Shown: positions 11,471 through 21,974 of the stretch, piece after piece
Numbering within the stretch: the stretch's first letter is position 1
How the letters are laid out: each line of letters starts with the position of its first letter
Assembly: GCF_006345805.1 (NCBI RefSeq)
Contig: NW_021836099.1
Coordinates: 1-25,475 of the forward strand
From: Octopus sinensis
Lineage: Eukaryota
DNA: 25,475 bases
Reading direction: 5' to 3'
Made by a program: the position numbers and the translations under genes
Notes under the pieces: generated by a model
Told to the model about the DNA's origin: nothing
Databases searched by the model: none
The model's input: the letters and a program-made list of their open reading frames with translations, nothing else

Positions 11471-11657
11471 ATGCAGGCTTGTATGTAAGTATAATTATAC
11501 ATGTGTGTGTGTGGGGGGGTATGTGTGTGTTCGTAAATGGGTGGATATATATAATGTACTTAAGTACATGCAGGCAGGTAAAAAAAGTAGAACATGGAAG
11601 AGATAGACAGACAGACAGACAGAGATAGAGAGAGTTTCTTATAATCATGACAGCTGG

Positions 11658-11865
11658 AACCTGAGAGAGAGAGAGAGAGAGAGCGCGAGAGAGAGAGGGA
11701 GAGAGAGAGAGAGAGAAAGAAAACTAGACACCACGACAGAGGTTTACAAGGCTGTGCACAGGCCACATTCTTGTATGGATCAGTATCTTGGACTCCATTC
11801 AGGTTGAACATCAACCAACAAGACGTCTTTCATAAAAGCTGTCTTTGGGCAATCTGTTAACCTGA
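11658..11865. repeat. Right arm of the inverted repeat: 194-bp insertion (11665-11858) flanked by 7-bp direct repeats AACCTGA
   Basis: AACCTGA at 11658-11664 and 11859-11865. The interior is the reverse complement of 10275-10467 plus one extra T at 11858. Confidence 0.9.
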
Positions 11866-12197
11866 CATCTAGTAATTCGAATTTCATACTCCCAATCACC
11901 ACACTGGATATGTGAAGTTTGATTTTCAGCAACGTGACAGTCGAATAATTAAATGTGAGAGACCAACTGTCTTTCATTGTCTCTCTATTTATCTCCCTCT
12001 TACTCTTACACACATAAAAATATAGAGATACATATGCACATACACATACATGTGTATATATACGTATACATGCATATAAATATAGACAAGATGGACTGGG
12101 AGATATACATAGATAGATACCTATAGACATATAGATGGATACATATAGGTATATATACATGGACGACTACTCATCATATTTTTTTATATATCTCCAG

Positions 12198-12274
12198 TCT
12201 CTCAAGAGTACGCAGTATTACTTAACCGTACCGTCATCTAGTATCCGGTTTTATAACCAATGCAAAACTGAAAG
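12198..12274 (+). CDS. Candidate 77-bp internal exon SLKSTQYYLTVPSSSIRFYNQCKTE(R/S); product unknown
   Basis: Strong acceptor (tttttttatatatctccag) and near-consensus donor (AAG|GTAAGA). Only one of the three frames is stop-free. Confidence 0.45.
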
Positions 12275-12315
12275 GTAAGATCAGCTGTAATGGATCTATA
12301 ATACCATAAACTTTG

Positions 12316-12526
<211 letters not shown>

Positions 12527-12659
12527 TTGTGAAGGTGAGCACTGTTATTTGTTGAGATAGAAATATGCAGGTTTATATATACGAATAGTTGTGGAAAACT
12601 TCAGAAATTCTAGTGGAAATTAGCGCATGAGTAAAATACTAACAAGAATGTTATATTAT

Positions 12660-12844
12660 GGACACATATACATATATGTATACGTGAATATGTGTGTGAA
12701 TGTACACACACAAACACACACATACATACGTAAATACACACATACATTTATATACATATACATTTATATACACATACATTTATATACATATATGTGAGTG
12801 TGCATTCATATATATGTGTATATATATACTGTATATATATACAT

Positions 12845-12883
<39 letters not shown>

Positions 12884-12921
12884 CACACCACACACACACA
12901 CACATATGTATATATATACAT

Positions 12922-12953
<32 letters not shown>

Positions 12954-12999
12954 GCCACACACACACACACACACACACACATATGTATATATATATATA
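12660..12999. repeat. (CA)n/(TA)n tract containing a 77-bp higher-order tandem duplication
   Basis: Units 12831-12907 and 12908-12984 both begin GTATATATATACATACACGC and end CACATAT. Confidence 0.85.
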
Positions 13000-13911
13000 T
13001 AGGGTCATCCCATAAATAATGCGGTTTTTTCAATGTCACGAACTAAAAGTCGGAGTGGGACGGGATAAGCTACCTGCATCAACTTGCTATAAAAGCAGGT
13101 AGTATATATTACCTTGTCCTTATCCTTTGTGCAAGTTTTGAAGAGTGCAGTTCGATTTTAAAAGTTATTTTTTTAAAGCTATAATGGAAGTGACAAAGGC
13201 GCATAATCGATATATTTTGCTTTATGAGTTCAATAAAAGCAACAACGTAACGGAAAGTGCGAGGAATATTAATGCAGTATATGGCGATCGGACAATAAGC
13301 GTCAATGGTGATTCCAGAAATTCTCAGCTGGAAACTACAGCCTAGAAGACAAGCCTCGTCCTAGAAGATCTGTAGAGCTCGGCGAGGATGTCCTGCAAAA
13401 CTCTGGTGGAATAAAATCCCATCGGGACTGTTATGGAGCTAGCTGAGAAGATTAGACTTGATCAATCAACCATTCATCGACATGCGCGCTAGAAGAAAAA
13501 CCACCATCTTTGGTTTGAAGACAAAAGGGGTTCTTCCATTAGGATAATGTTCGGCCACATACAGCAAGGATGACAATCCGAAGACTGGAGTAGCTTGAAT
13601 GAGAAACGATGTCTCACCCACCATATTCGCCGGACATTGTCCCATCTGATAATTATTTATTCCGCAGTCTTCAAAATCATTTGCACGGAAAAATATGAAA
13701 TCTGCAGACAAGGTCATAACAGTACAGGGGGAATATTTCTTATCACGGACAAATGAAGTTTGGAAGAGGGGTTTTGCAAATCTACCATAAGAGCAGAGCA
13801 TTATAGAAGATGAAGAAGGGTTTTTTTTTTAGACCAAAATAGAACTTTGCTTATCTGAATTCTCAAAAATATAAGTATAACATAAACCGCATTATTTATG
13901 GGATGACTTAA
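13000..13911 (+). mobile_element. Non-autonomous mariner (D34D) transposon, internally deleted, with both TIRs and TA TSD
   Basis: TIRs at 13000-13027 and 13884-13911 are 25/28 identical with a 24-nt perfect core GTCATCCCATAAATAATGCGGTTT, and TA lies on both sides. The transposase relic starts at ATG 13184 (MEVTKAHNRYILLYEFNK) and includes FH*DNVRPHTA...HPPYSPDIVPSDNYLFRSLQN with 34 residues between the last two Asp. The region holding the first catalytic Asp is missing (junction near 13490). Confidence 0.95.
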
Positions 13912-13914
13912 TAT

Positions 13915-13949
<35 letters not shown>

Positions 13950-14160
13950 ATACATACATATATATATATATATATACATATACATAAATACATATATATT
14001 TATATATATATAGAGAGAGAGAGAGAAAAAAACAGACAGATACATACATACATACATACATACAAACATACATACATACATACATACATACATACATACA
14101 TACATACATACATACATACATACATACATACATACATACATACATACATACATGCATACA
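13915..14160. repeat. (TG)/(TA)/(GA)/(TACA)n compound microsatellite
   Basis: Direct inspection. Confidence 0.95.
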
Positions 14161-14404
14161 TAGAGAGGTAGATTCATTCATTGACTGATACACGGATAGA
14201 GATAGAGAGGAAATTGTTGTGTGGAATAACTTTGTTTCTTTGTTGGTATTACCGAACGTACTGTATCACAGGACACGTAGTAATTCATATATCTGCATCA
14301 TCTCTATTCATTTAATTGATCTCTACGAGCTACGTTTCTATAAGGAGCCTACGAATCTATAAGTTATACGGGGCCGAATCAAACTGATATATATCTAAGG
14401 GGAG

Positions 14405-14580
14405 AAAAAAAGACGAAGACAGGTGGTATAGACAACAAACAGATGCATTAGTTTAATGCTCGGGAAGTGAAAAAGTCTTTAATGTTTCGAGCCTACGCTC
14501 ATCCACGGAACGGAACAGAAAGAAACAAGGAGAGAAAATAAAGAATGTGTAGTGGCTAGCGATCTATCATGGCAAAAGCC
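14405..14580 (-). mobile_element. Interspersed repeat fragment with a degenerate hammerhead-ribozyme-like core (Penelope pLTR-like)
   Basis: The minus strand at 14480-14505 reads TGGATGA GCGTAGGCTC GAAAC ATTA with a GAGC/GCTC hairpin. The flanks resemble a repeat I recall from Octopus assemblies (unverified). Confidence 0.4.
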
Positions 14581-14594
14581 CTACTAAATGTGTC

Positions 14595-14775
14595 GAGTAC
14601 CTGTATTTCAAAGGTCCAGCCTTGTCACACTGTGTCACGCTGAATCTCCCGGAGAACAACGTTAAGGGTACACGTGTCTGTGGAGTGCTCAGCCACTTGC
14701 ACGTTAATTTCACGAGCAAGCTGTTCCGTTGATCGTATCAGCTGGGACCCTCGTCGTCGTACCCGACGGAGTGCT

Positions 14776-14778
<3 letters not shown>
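14595..14778 (+). mobile_element. 5'-truncated SINE (3' body of a second octopus SINE family)
   Basis: GTACCTGTATTTCAAAGG...GGAGTGCTCAGCCACTTGCACGTTAATTTCACGAGC...CCCTCGTCGTCGT.ACC.GACGGAGTG followed by a (CA)n tail. Family assignment is from recall, not a database search. Confidence 0.7.
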
Positions 14779-14806
<28 letters not shown>

Positions 14807-14826
14807 CACACACACACACACACAAT

Positions 14827-14865
<39 letters not shown>
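14779..14865. repeat. (CA)n then (TA)n microsatellite
   Basis: Direct inspection. Confidence 0.95.
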
Positions 14866-14867
<2 letters not shown>

Positions 14868-15461
14868 GATACAAGTTATAAGAAGACAGTCCTCGTTAGG
14901 TGGCCTAATCAATTGATAATTATTTTATAAATAAATCTCAGAGTGATTGATCAATACAGCTAATAATTATTAATTTATTTTACTAAATTCTATTATCTCT
15001 TAGTGGATTCAAGGTTTTTCCTTTTATTTTTCTACGGTTATTGAAGTATAATATATTTCAAGCTAGTCCTGTTCTAGCTCTCAGAGATGGTACAAGTTAT
15101 TCTTGATTCTTAAACTGAATATATATATATGCAGGAGGAATAAAAAAGACCACTGGCCCAGTTAGTTATTCCGTGCATGCTCTCAACAAAACTACACTCA
15201 GTACTGAAAAGTCAAAGTTGGATCTAAAAATTGACTTATAAAGAATAAAATTTAACAAATTAATTGTGTTTATTGTTCTATCGTTATGGTATTTAAAGGT
15301 TCGAAAGAACTTGTATTTGAAATTTCGATTGGATCAACTCTTTCTAAAATTGTTAGAAAGAAATAAAACAAATTATAAGACTGAAGAAAATTCCTATAAT
15401 TGTAATACCCAGCAGTGAGACCAAAATACTGCATTGATTCTCTCGTCTTCTGTTTTATCAG

Positions 15462-15586
15462 ATATGCCCTTTAATAAAAGTGTCACAACCCATGAGACCA
15501 GAAATGTTTTGTATTCCGCAGAACACAGAGTGAAGTATTCGATTATTTATTACGATGATAATAAGTTGCTTTATCTCGATGGATGT
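15462..15586 (+). CDS. Candidate 125-bp internal exon (D)MPFNKSVTTHETRNVLYSAEHRVKYSIIYYDDNKLLYLDGC; product unknown
   Basis: Strong acceptor (ctctcgtcttctgttttatcag), stop-free frame, donor TGT|GTATGT at 15587. Overlaps track ORF 15434..15634. Confidence 0.45.
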
Positions 15587-15839
15587 GTATGTGTTACTTC
15601 TCATAGATGTGTATTTGAAACTGTACCTGACTGAAGATGTCAGACCGAACTGGTCGTTAGATCCAACTGGCTTAACAAAACAGAGAAACATTACGAACAA
15701 TGCGAGTTAACTCTTTAAATGTACTACATTCATACTGAGAAGTCATTTGAAAAGGCGAGGAATCCACGGATTTATAACTTATAGATTTTAAAGTTCAGTT
15801 AAAAAATCGCACAGTCAAATTATCTTTGCTGATATACGT

Positions 15840-16280
<441 letters not shown>

Positions 16281-16649
16281 GAGGATTTACGATAAACGCA
16301 AGTTTATATCATTATTTCCTACGTACGTTTCACCATTATGGTTGTTTGTAACCCAACTTTGGATGTTTAAGCAGAACGAATCAACCGGAAATACATTATT
16401 GCACAATGTTATACGCACACGCACACATGCACACACGTACATTTGTATAACCTTCACACATGCATACACGTACGTGAGTATATACGTTTGAATATCTGTG
16501 TTTGTTTGTGTGTGTGTCACTAACAGCTAGCGAAACACATTCAAGAAGTGTTTTGTAGTGCAAAATAAATCAAGATAAAGCAAATTAGAAATATATTAGA
16601 TGTAGTTGTGGCTTAAGTAACGTCTAAAAGAAAAACTGGTCCATATGTG

Positions 16650-16651
16650 TG

Positions 16652-16685
<34 letters not shown>

Positions 16686-16752
16686 TCATATATTATATAT
16701 ATCTAATATATGATAATATTATATATAAATAATATAATATAATATACTATAT

Positions 16753-16793
<41 letters not shown>

Positions 16794-16810
16794 ATTTATA
16801 TATATATTTT
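16650..16810. repeat. (TA)n / AT-rich low-complexity tract
   Basis: Direct inspection. Confidence 0.9.
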
Positions 16811-16811
16811 A

Positions 16812-17335
16812 AAAAATACAAAATGGGACAAGAACGCAAATCATCCGGACAACTAGATGATACTAAAAGGGACAACGAAACATCCAGATAGATGATACAA
16901 AGAAAACAAGGACGGGGGTCATTCGAAGTTTTCTATCTTCAATCAAGAACCAGATTATCCTCGCAATTTTGGCTGATTATTCTTGAGATTGCTCCAATCT
17001 GGCCAGCCCCAAGAACTAAGCTAAGGGCATTAGCGAATGTATACAAAACAAGGACAGAAAAAACGGACAATGTTACACAAATATAAATACAATAAAAAAA
17101 TACAATAAAAATAAATACACCAAATATATGTATATATATACACGGAGTCGTTGCGTCCTCTGTAATACGGTATTTTTTTAGATTAGCACAGCCCCCCTGC
17201 CTCCCTTCGGCCATCACATTTTGGATGTTTGTCTAGGTCATGGATGGAGAGTCATGCCAGTGTCTATGTCTCGTGGCAGCAACTACCCGAACGATTAGAA
17301 TATCCGAAATAAGGGTACGGTGTGGCTGTAGTCTC
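16812..17335. mobile_element. Unclassified interspersed repeat fragment(s)
   Basis: GC-richer block between microsatellites with an internal imperfect direct repeat (CATCCGGACAACTAGATGATAC / CATCCAGATAGATGATAC). Resembles a repeat I recall from Octopus genomes; no coding or terminal structure seen. Confidence 0.4.
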
Positions 17336-17437
17336 TCATCTTTTTTTCTTTTCTTTTTTTTGATTATTACAGGTACGTACATACATACACCTACAACTAC
17401 ATACACAGACAGCAACCAAACACACACACACCATTTA

Positions 17438-17495
<58 letters not shown>

Positions 17496-18025
17496 TATCG
17501 TTATTAACATGTGTTCGTGTGTTTATGTATACATAACATACACACACATAAGTATATTTATTCGAAGAGAGGGAGAAACCGAGAAAGTGAAGGTGGGGGG
17601 GGGGCAATATTCATTGTCCATTTAGCTTTATCTCTGTTAATCTAGAGAGAAAGTCCAATAATACATTCTGTCATGCGATATCGAGTCTCACTCAAATGTT
17701 ACCCTCTATTCAATAATTGACATTTATTTTGTCAACTTTCCAAAGATGTAAGGTCAAGTTGACATTGGTAGCTGCTTTGAAATTAGACTTGTGAAAGAAT
17801 TTCAATCTCCCTTACTTCTCTCCCTTTCTAACTCAGCCTCACAACTTTCTAACTGTGTATGTGTATGGATATATCTATATGTATAAGTACGCGTCGGCCT
17901 GTGTCTGGGTGTGCGTATTCGTGTGCGTGCCTGCCTGCCAGTCTGTTCTATATATGTCTATCTATATATCTGTGTGTGGATGTGTGTGTGAATATGTGAA
18001 TGCGTGTGTGAATCTTTGTGTTTAG

Positions 18026-18117
18026 AAGAATGAAACCTGTTGAAAATTTCACAATCAACTATGATGTTAATGTTCCTGACCTCAACAATGCTGATAAACT
18101 GGCAAGAATTAAACTAG
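18026..18117 (+). CDS. Candidate exon RMKPVENFTINYDVNVPDLNNADKLARIKL(G); may instead run to a stop at 18129-18131
   Basis: Acceptor aatctttgtgtttag and an open frame. Weak donor TAG|GTCATA at 18118. Phase-compatible with the 12198-12274 exon. Confidence 0.25.
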
Positions 18118-18559
18118 GTCATAAGTTTTGATACTAACATTAATATCTCTACACCAATCCTTGTAACATATGTCTGTGTCTATGGTAGCCGGGGTTTTTT
18201 TTTTACTTATTATTTAAACAATCGTTTTTTTTTTTTTATAATAAATCTTATGTTCACTTGTCTAACTAGTGGTCGGTTTATATTTCAGTTTATAGTTATA
18301 TGTTTGTAATACTATAGTCTTATAGTTACATTCATGTATATTTTCATACGTGAATGTCTGCTTGTGCGTGTGTGCGCGCGCGGATGCGTTACCATGCTTT
18401 GTGTCAGTACATAGTAATTTCATTACATTATAATACAGCTGCTCGGGCGAAAAGTGTCGGGTACTAACCTCAACTCTTATGATGTATATTTTGTAGTCCG
18501 TTAACTCACAAAACAATATTCAAAACTCAACAGTAAAATCGATTCAGTCGTAAAACGTT

Positions 18560-18750
18560 TATATCTATCTATCTATCCATCTATCTATCTATAAATCTAT
18601 CTATCTATAAATATATCTGTCTGTCTGTCTGTCTATTCATTTATTTATTAATTTATTTTCATTTCTCTCTTTCTCTCCTCTCTCTCTTCTCTCTCTCTCA
18701 CTCTCTCTTTCTCTCTCTTTCTCTCTCTATTTCTCTTTTCTCTCTACCTG
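18560..18750. repeat. (TATC)/(TGTC)/(CT)n low-complexity tract
   Basis: Direct inspection. Confidence 0.85.
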
Positions 18751-18759
18751 ATTCTACAG

Positions 18760-18837
18760 AAACTTGGAGTTATTACATCGACTCATACTGCTGGCATTAT
18801 TACTCCATACATTTACTTTTACGATGGAAAGAACTGA
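18760..18837 (+). CDS. Candidate exon after a very strong acceptor; frame uncertain (phase 0 gives KLGVITSTHTAGIITPYIYFYDGKN*)
   Basis: Long pyrimidine tract + ctgattctacag acceptor at 18758-18759. All three frames stay open for at least 25 codons, so the frame cannot be chosen. Confidence 0.2.
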   Translation, partial: KLGVITSTHTAGIITPYIYFYDGKN

Positions 18838-19160
18838 GTTCAAAGATATTTTGCTGCTATTTTTAGCAGTTCGAGCTATCACATTGTGGCTCTTTCGTAC
18901 TGTGCTAGTCTTTTTGGCCTATCTACCAAGTTAGCTTCATTTTCTTTTTCTGTTTTTTTCTCGATAACTTTTAGCATATGTCTAAAATCCGTAAACGACC
19001 GGATAAAAACAAGGGGACCAAGGTGTACTGAAATAGCAAGAATAATCCCAAACGACTTCTGGAAGGAACACTTTTCAAGCATCAGTATAATATATACATG
19101 TTGCAAGAGTATATAAAAGCAAGAAGAATCATACCAGAAACCTGTACCTTATTAATATTG

Positions 19161-19210
<50 letters not shown>

Positions 19211-19784
19211 ATATGTATGTATAAAGGTGTGTTGCAGTTACATTTACATTCCAAACGTTGCACAAGCTTGGGAATCACAATGAACGTGTAAAAACTGTCA
19301 AGGTAGGAAACTAACCCATCATTGATATGCTACGATATTTCATTTATTGTTATTCAGTCAATTATCATATAAGGACATGGTATAGATATCACATAGAGAT
19401 ATCACATGTGATGTATCATTTATTCACAGTTTATTAGCAATTTATTTTGCAACACCAATAAGTTTGTCTTCAACTAATCTTACTAAATTGCTCACTTTGC
19501 CAACTTGCATTTTTTTCCTTTTATGATTTCTCTTTGTTTTGTTTTTTTTTTGTTTGTTTTTTCTTTGTTTCCTTTGGTTAATGATTCCATTCTCACTAAC
19601 GAGTAAACAATTCATAAAACGGGAGAATTTGAAAATGTTTTATATATTAAGATTATTGTTAGATAAATATGTAACAACAAAGAATTGTGTAAACGTGTAT
19701 AGGTATGGTTATGTAAGTATTTATGTACGTGAGAATGTAAACGTGTGTGTGTCTGTGTATGTGTCTGTGTGTCTGTGAGTTGAA

Positions 19785-19810
19785 AGATAGATAGATAGAT
19801 ATATAGATAT

Positions 19811-19846
<36 letters not shown>

Positions 19847-19863
19847 GTAGGTAGGTAGGTAGG

Positions 19864-19924
<61 letters not shown>

Positions 19925-19946
19925 GATACATACATACATACATACA

Positions 19947-19980
<34 letters not shown>

Positions 19981-20015
19981 CATACATACATACATACATA
20001 AATGCATACATAAAC
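19785..20015. repeat. (TAGA)n/(TAGG)/(TACA)n compound microsatellite
   Basis: Direct inspection; source of the long ORF 19659..20486. Confidence 0.96.
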
Positions 20016-20017
20016 AC

Positions 20018-20415
20018 ATGCAGGAGCGGCTGTGTGGTAAGTAGCTCGCTTACCAGTCACATGTTCCGGGTTCAGTCCCACTACGTGGCATCTTGGGCAA
20101 GTGTTTTCCACTATATCCATGGGCCGACGAAAGCCTTGTGAGTGGATTTGGTAGATGGAAACTGAAAGATTTATATATATATGTATGTATGTGTGTCTAT
20201 ATGTTTGTGTGTCTGTGTTTGTCCACCCAAAAATCGCTTGACAACCGATGCTGGTGTGTTTTACGTCCCCGTAACTTAGCGGTTCGGCAGAAGTACCGAT
20301 AGAATCAGTACTAGGCTTACAAAGAATAAGACTTGGAGTCGTTTTGCTCGATTGAAAGCAGTGCTCCAGCATGGCAGCAGTCAAATAACTGAAACAAGTA
20401 AAAGAATAAAAGAAT
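20018..20415 (+). mobile_element. Near full-length tRNA-derived octopus-type SINE
   Basis: A-box-like CGGCTGTGTGG (about 20027-20037), B-box-like GGTTCAGTCC (20069-20078), internal TA/TG low-complexity linker, 3' body ending GTCAAATAACTGAAACAAG and a short tandem tail TAAAAGAATAAAAGAATA. A second copy at 10901-11057 confirms that it is repetitive. Confidence 0.9.
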
Positions 20416-20682
20416 ATATTTACACATTTCTTTGTTGTGCATTTCCATTTTTTTTCTTCTTGTGTTATCTTGATCTTGATTTGCAAAATGAATAGAACAT
20501 GTGCTCAGAGTCCTATGATTGCTTGGAGATATAAGGCGTGTTATAAAAACCTGTCTAGGCCGAGTCTCCAAAGCAAAGAGCCATTAGTAACTCACATTTT
20601 TATACTGTGTACATAAAATTACATTTATCTCTCACTGGATGGAGTACGCTTTTTGTTGATTGTACCTTAACGGAAGAGTAAA

Positions 20683-20684
<2 letters not shown>

Positions 20685-20730
<46 letters not shown>
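20685..20730. repeat. (TA)n microsatellite
   Basis: Direct inspection. Confidence 0.95.
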
Positions 20731-20732
<2 letters not shown>

Positions 20733-20974
20733 GGTTGTCCATTTAATGTGAGTTATATTTCAAAGTTAAGAGTATGACCATTTTAATTACTTAGCAGGAT
20801 TAAACACTGAAAATAATTTTAGCCCTCTTTTTAAGATGATATAAACCACAGTAATAAGGTTGGTTTAGATTTCAATTCTCCTATCCAGATTTCTCCTTGC
20901 TTGACGGGAAATTAATAAACAATTATTACTTTTGAAGTTGTTTTCAGTATTTCACTGTTTGTCTTTTAAACATT

Positions 20975-21150
20975 CACAAACACACACATACACACACACA
21001 CATACACACACACACACACACAGACACACACACACACACATATTCACACATATACACGTGTGTGCGCATAAACATGTGAAATTAGTGTCATACGTGTGTA
21101 TGTGAGTTTGCGCGCGTGCGTATGTTCGTGCGTGTGTGTGCGCATGTGTT
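20975..21150. repeat. (CA)n/(TG)n tract
   Basis: Direct inspection. Confidence 0.88.
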
Positions 21151-21160
21151 ATCCTTTTAG

Positions 21161-21432
21161 TCAGAAGGAAGGAAGTACCCATGACACGTTGCATGTCCTC
21201 CAAGACAAGTGGTGGGGGAACAGAGAATGATATTCTCAACCGGAAGCCTGTCCTGAATGCTTGCAACAGACTGGACTTTGCTAAAGTCAACCGAGTGCCA
21301 GATGGTGGCGTTTCACCGAGCCAACCCAACTGGGCCATAACGGAAGCTGGATTCATAAGGCAAAGAGCCGGAACAAATAACACAAAGTATTCGGTGCCAT
21401 CTCTTTGCAGTTTTGACAATTCACCGTCTTAG
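21161..21432 (+). CDS. Candidate terminal exon or decayed element ORF (RRKEVPMTRCMSS...PNWAITEAGFIRQRAG...DNSPS*)
   Basis: Acceptor ttatccttttag, about 90 stop-free codons, and a visibly more GC-rich block than its surroundings. No family recognised. Confidence 0.28.
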
Positions 21433-21974
21433 ATTAGTACTTTTTTATCGTCTCCGAAGAATGGGAAGCGAAGCTGATTTGAATCCGGAGTATAAAGAAT
21501 TGGATCAAATACAGCGAAGCATTCTGTCCGGCGCACTAAAGTCTCTGCCAGGTTACCCGGTGTGTATACATGCGTGTGTCTGTGCGCGTGCATGTCTGCA
21601 CATGTATATAAAATGATAGATTAGGAGGGAAGGAGAGCGAAAGAGAGATAGAAAGCAAGCGGTAGGTACCGTGTGTGATATATACGCATAGTATATAAAT
21701 GATAAATAATGTATATGGATTTAAGCGCTCGTACAGAGTTGCGTAGATTTACAGATAATATCAAATGATTTTCAGCGAAGATTGGGGTTTAAAACTGACT
21801 TATATATTTGATATTAGATTTCAGGATAGTAAAGTTTGTATATTTGTGAATCCTTTAATAACTTATAGACACTGTAGAATGCAATAATTATCTTACGACG
21901 TTTCGTAGTTATACATGTGTTATGGCTATCAATACTCACTGTTTTATTCTTGTCAAAATCGATAAACTTTTTAC

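Noticed and set aside
15631-15660. CTGAAGA followed by a GACC/GGTC hairpin as a hammerhead
   Set aside because: No GAAA directly after the hairpin and no helix III.
18879-19106. Minus-strand ORF with a hydrophobic stretch followed by a basic stretch, like GPCR TM5-ICL3
   Set aside because: Only one short hydrophobic segment, no receptor motifs and no flanking TM exons; competing + strand exon signals are in the same region.
20018-20090. tRNA gene (also 10990-11057)
   Set aside because: A/B-box-like motifs are present but there is no complete cloverleaf; the sequence continues into a SINE body that is present twice in the window.
21165-21230. LQDKWWG resembling the ionotropic glutamate receptor S2 'KWW' motif
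   Set aside because: In-frame TGA three codons later and no other iGluR motifs.
21888-21940. Hammerhead-like GAAACGTCGTA on the minus strand
   Set aside because: The upstream core is TTGATAG rather than CTGANGA, and neither helix I nor helix II pairs.
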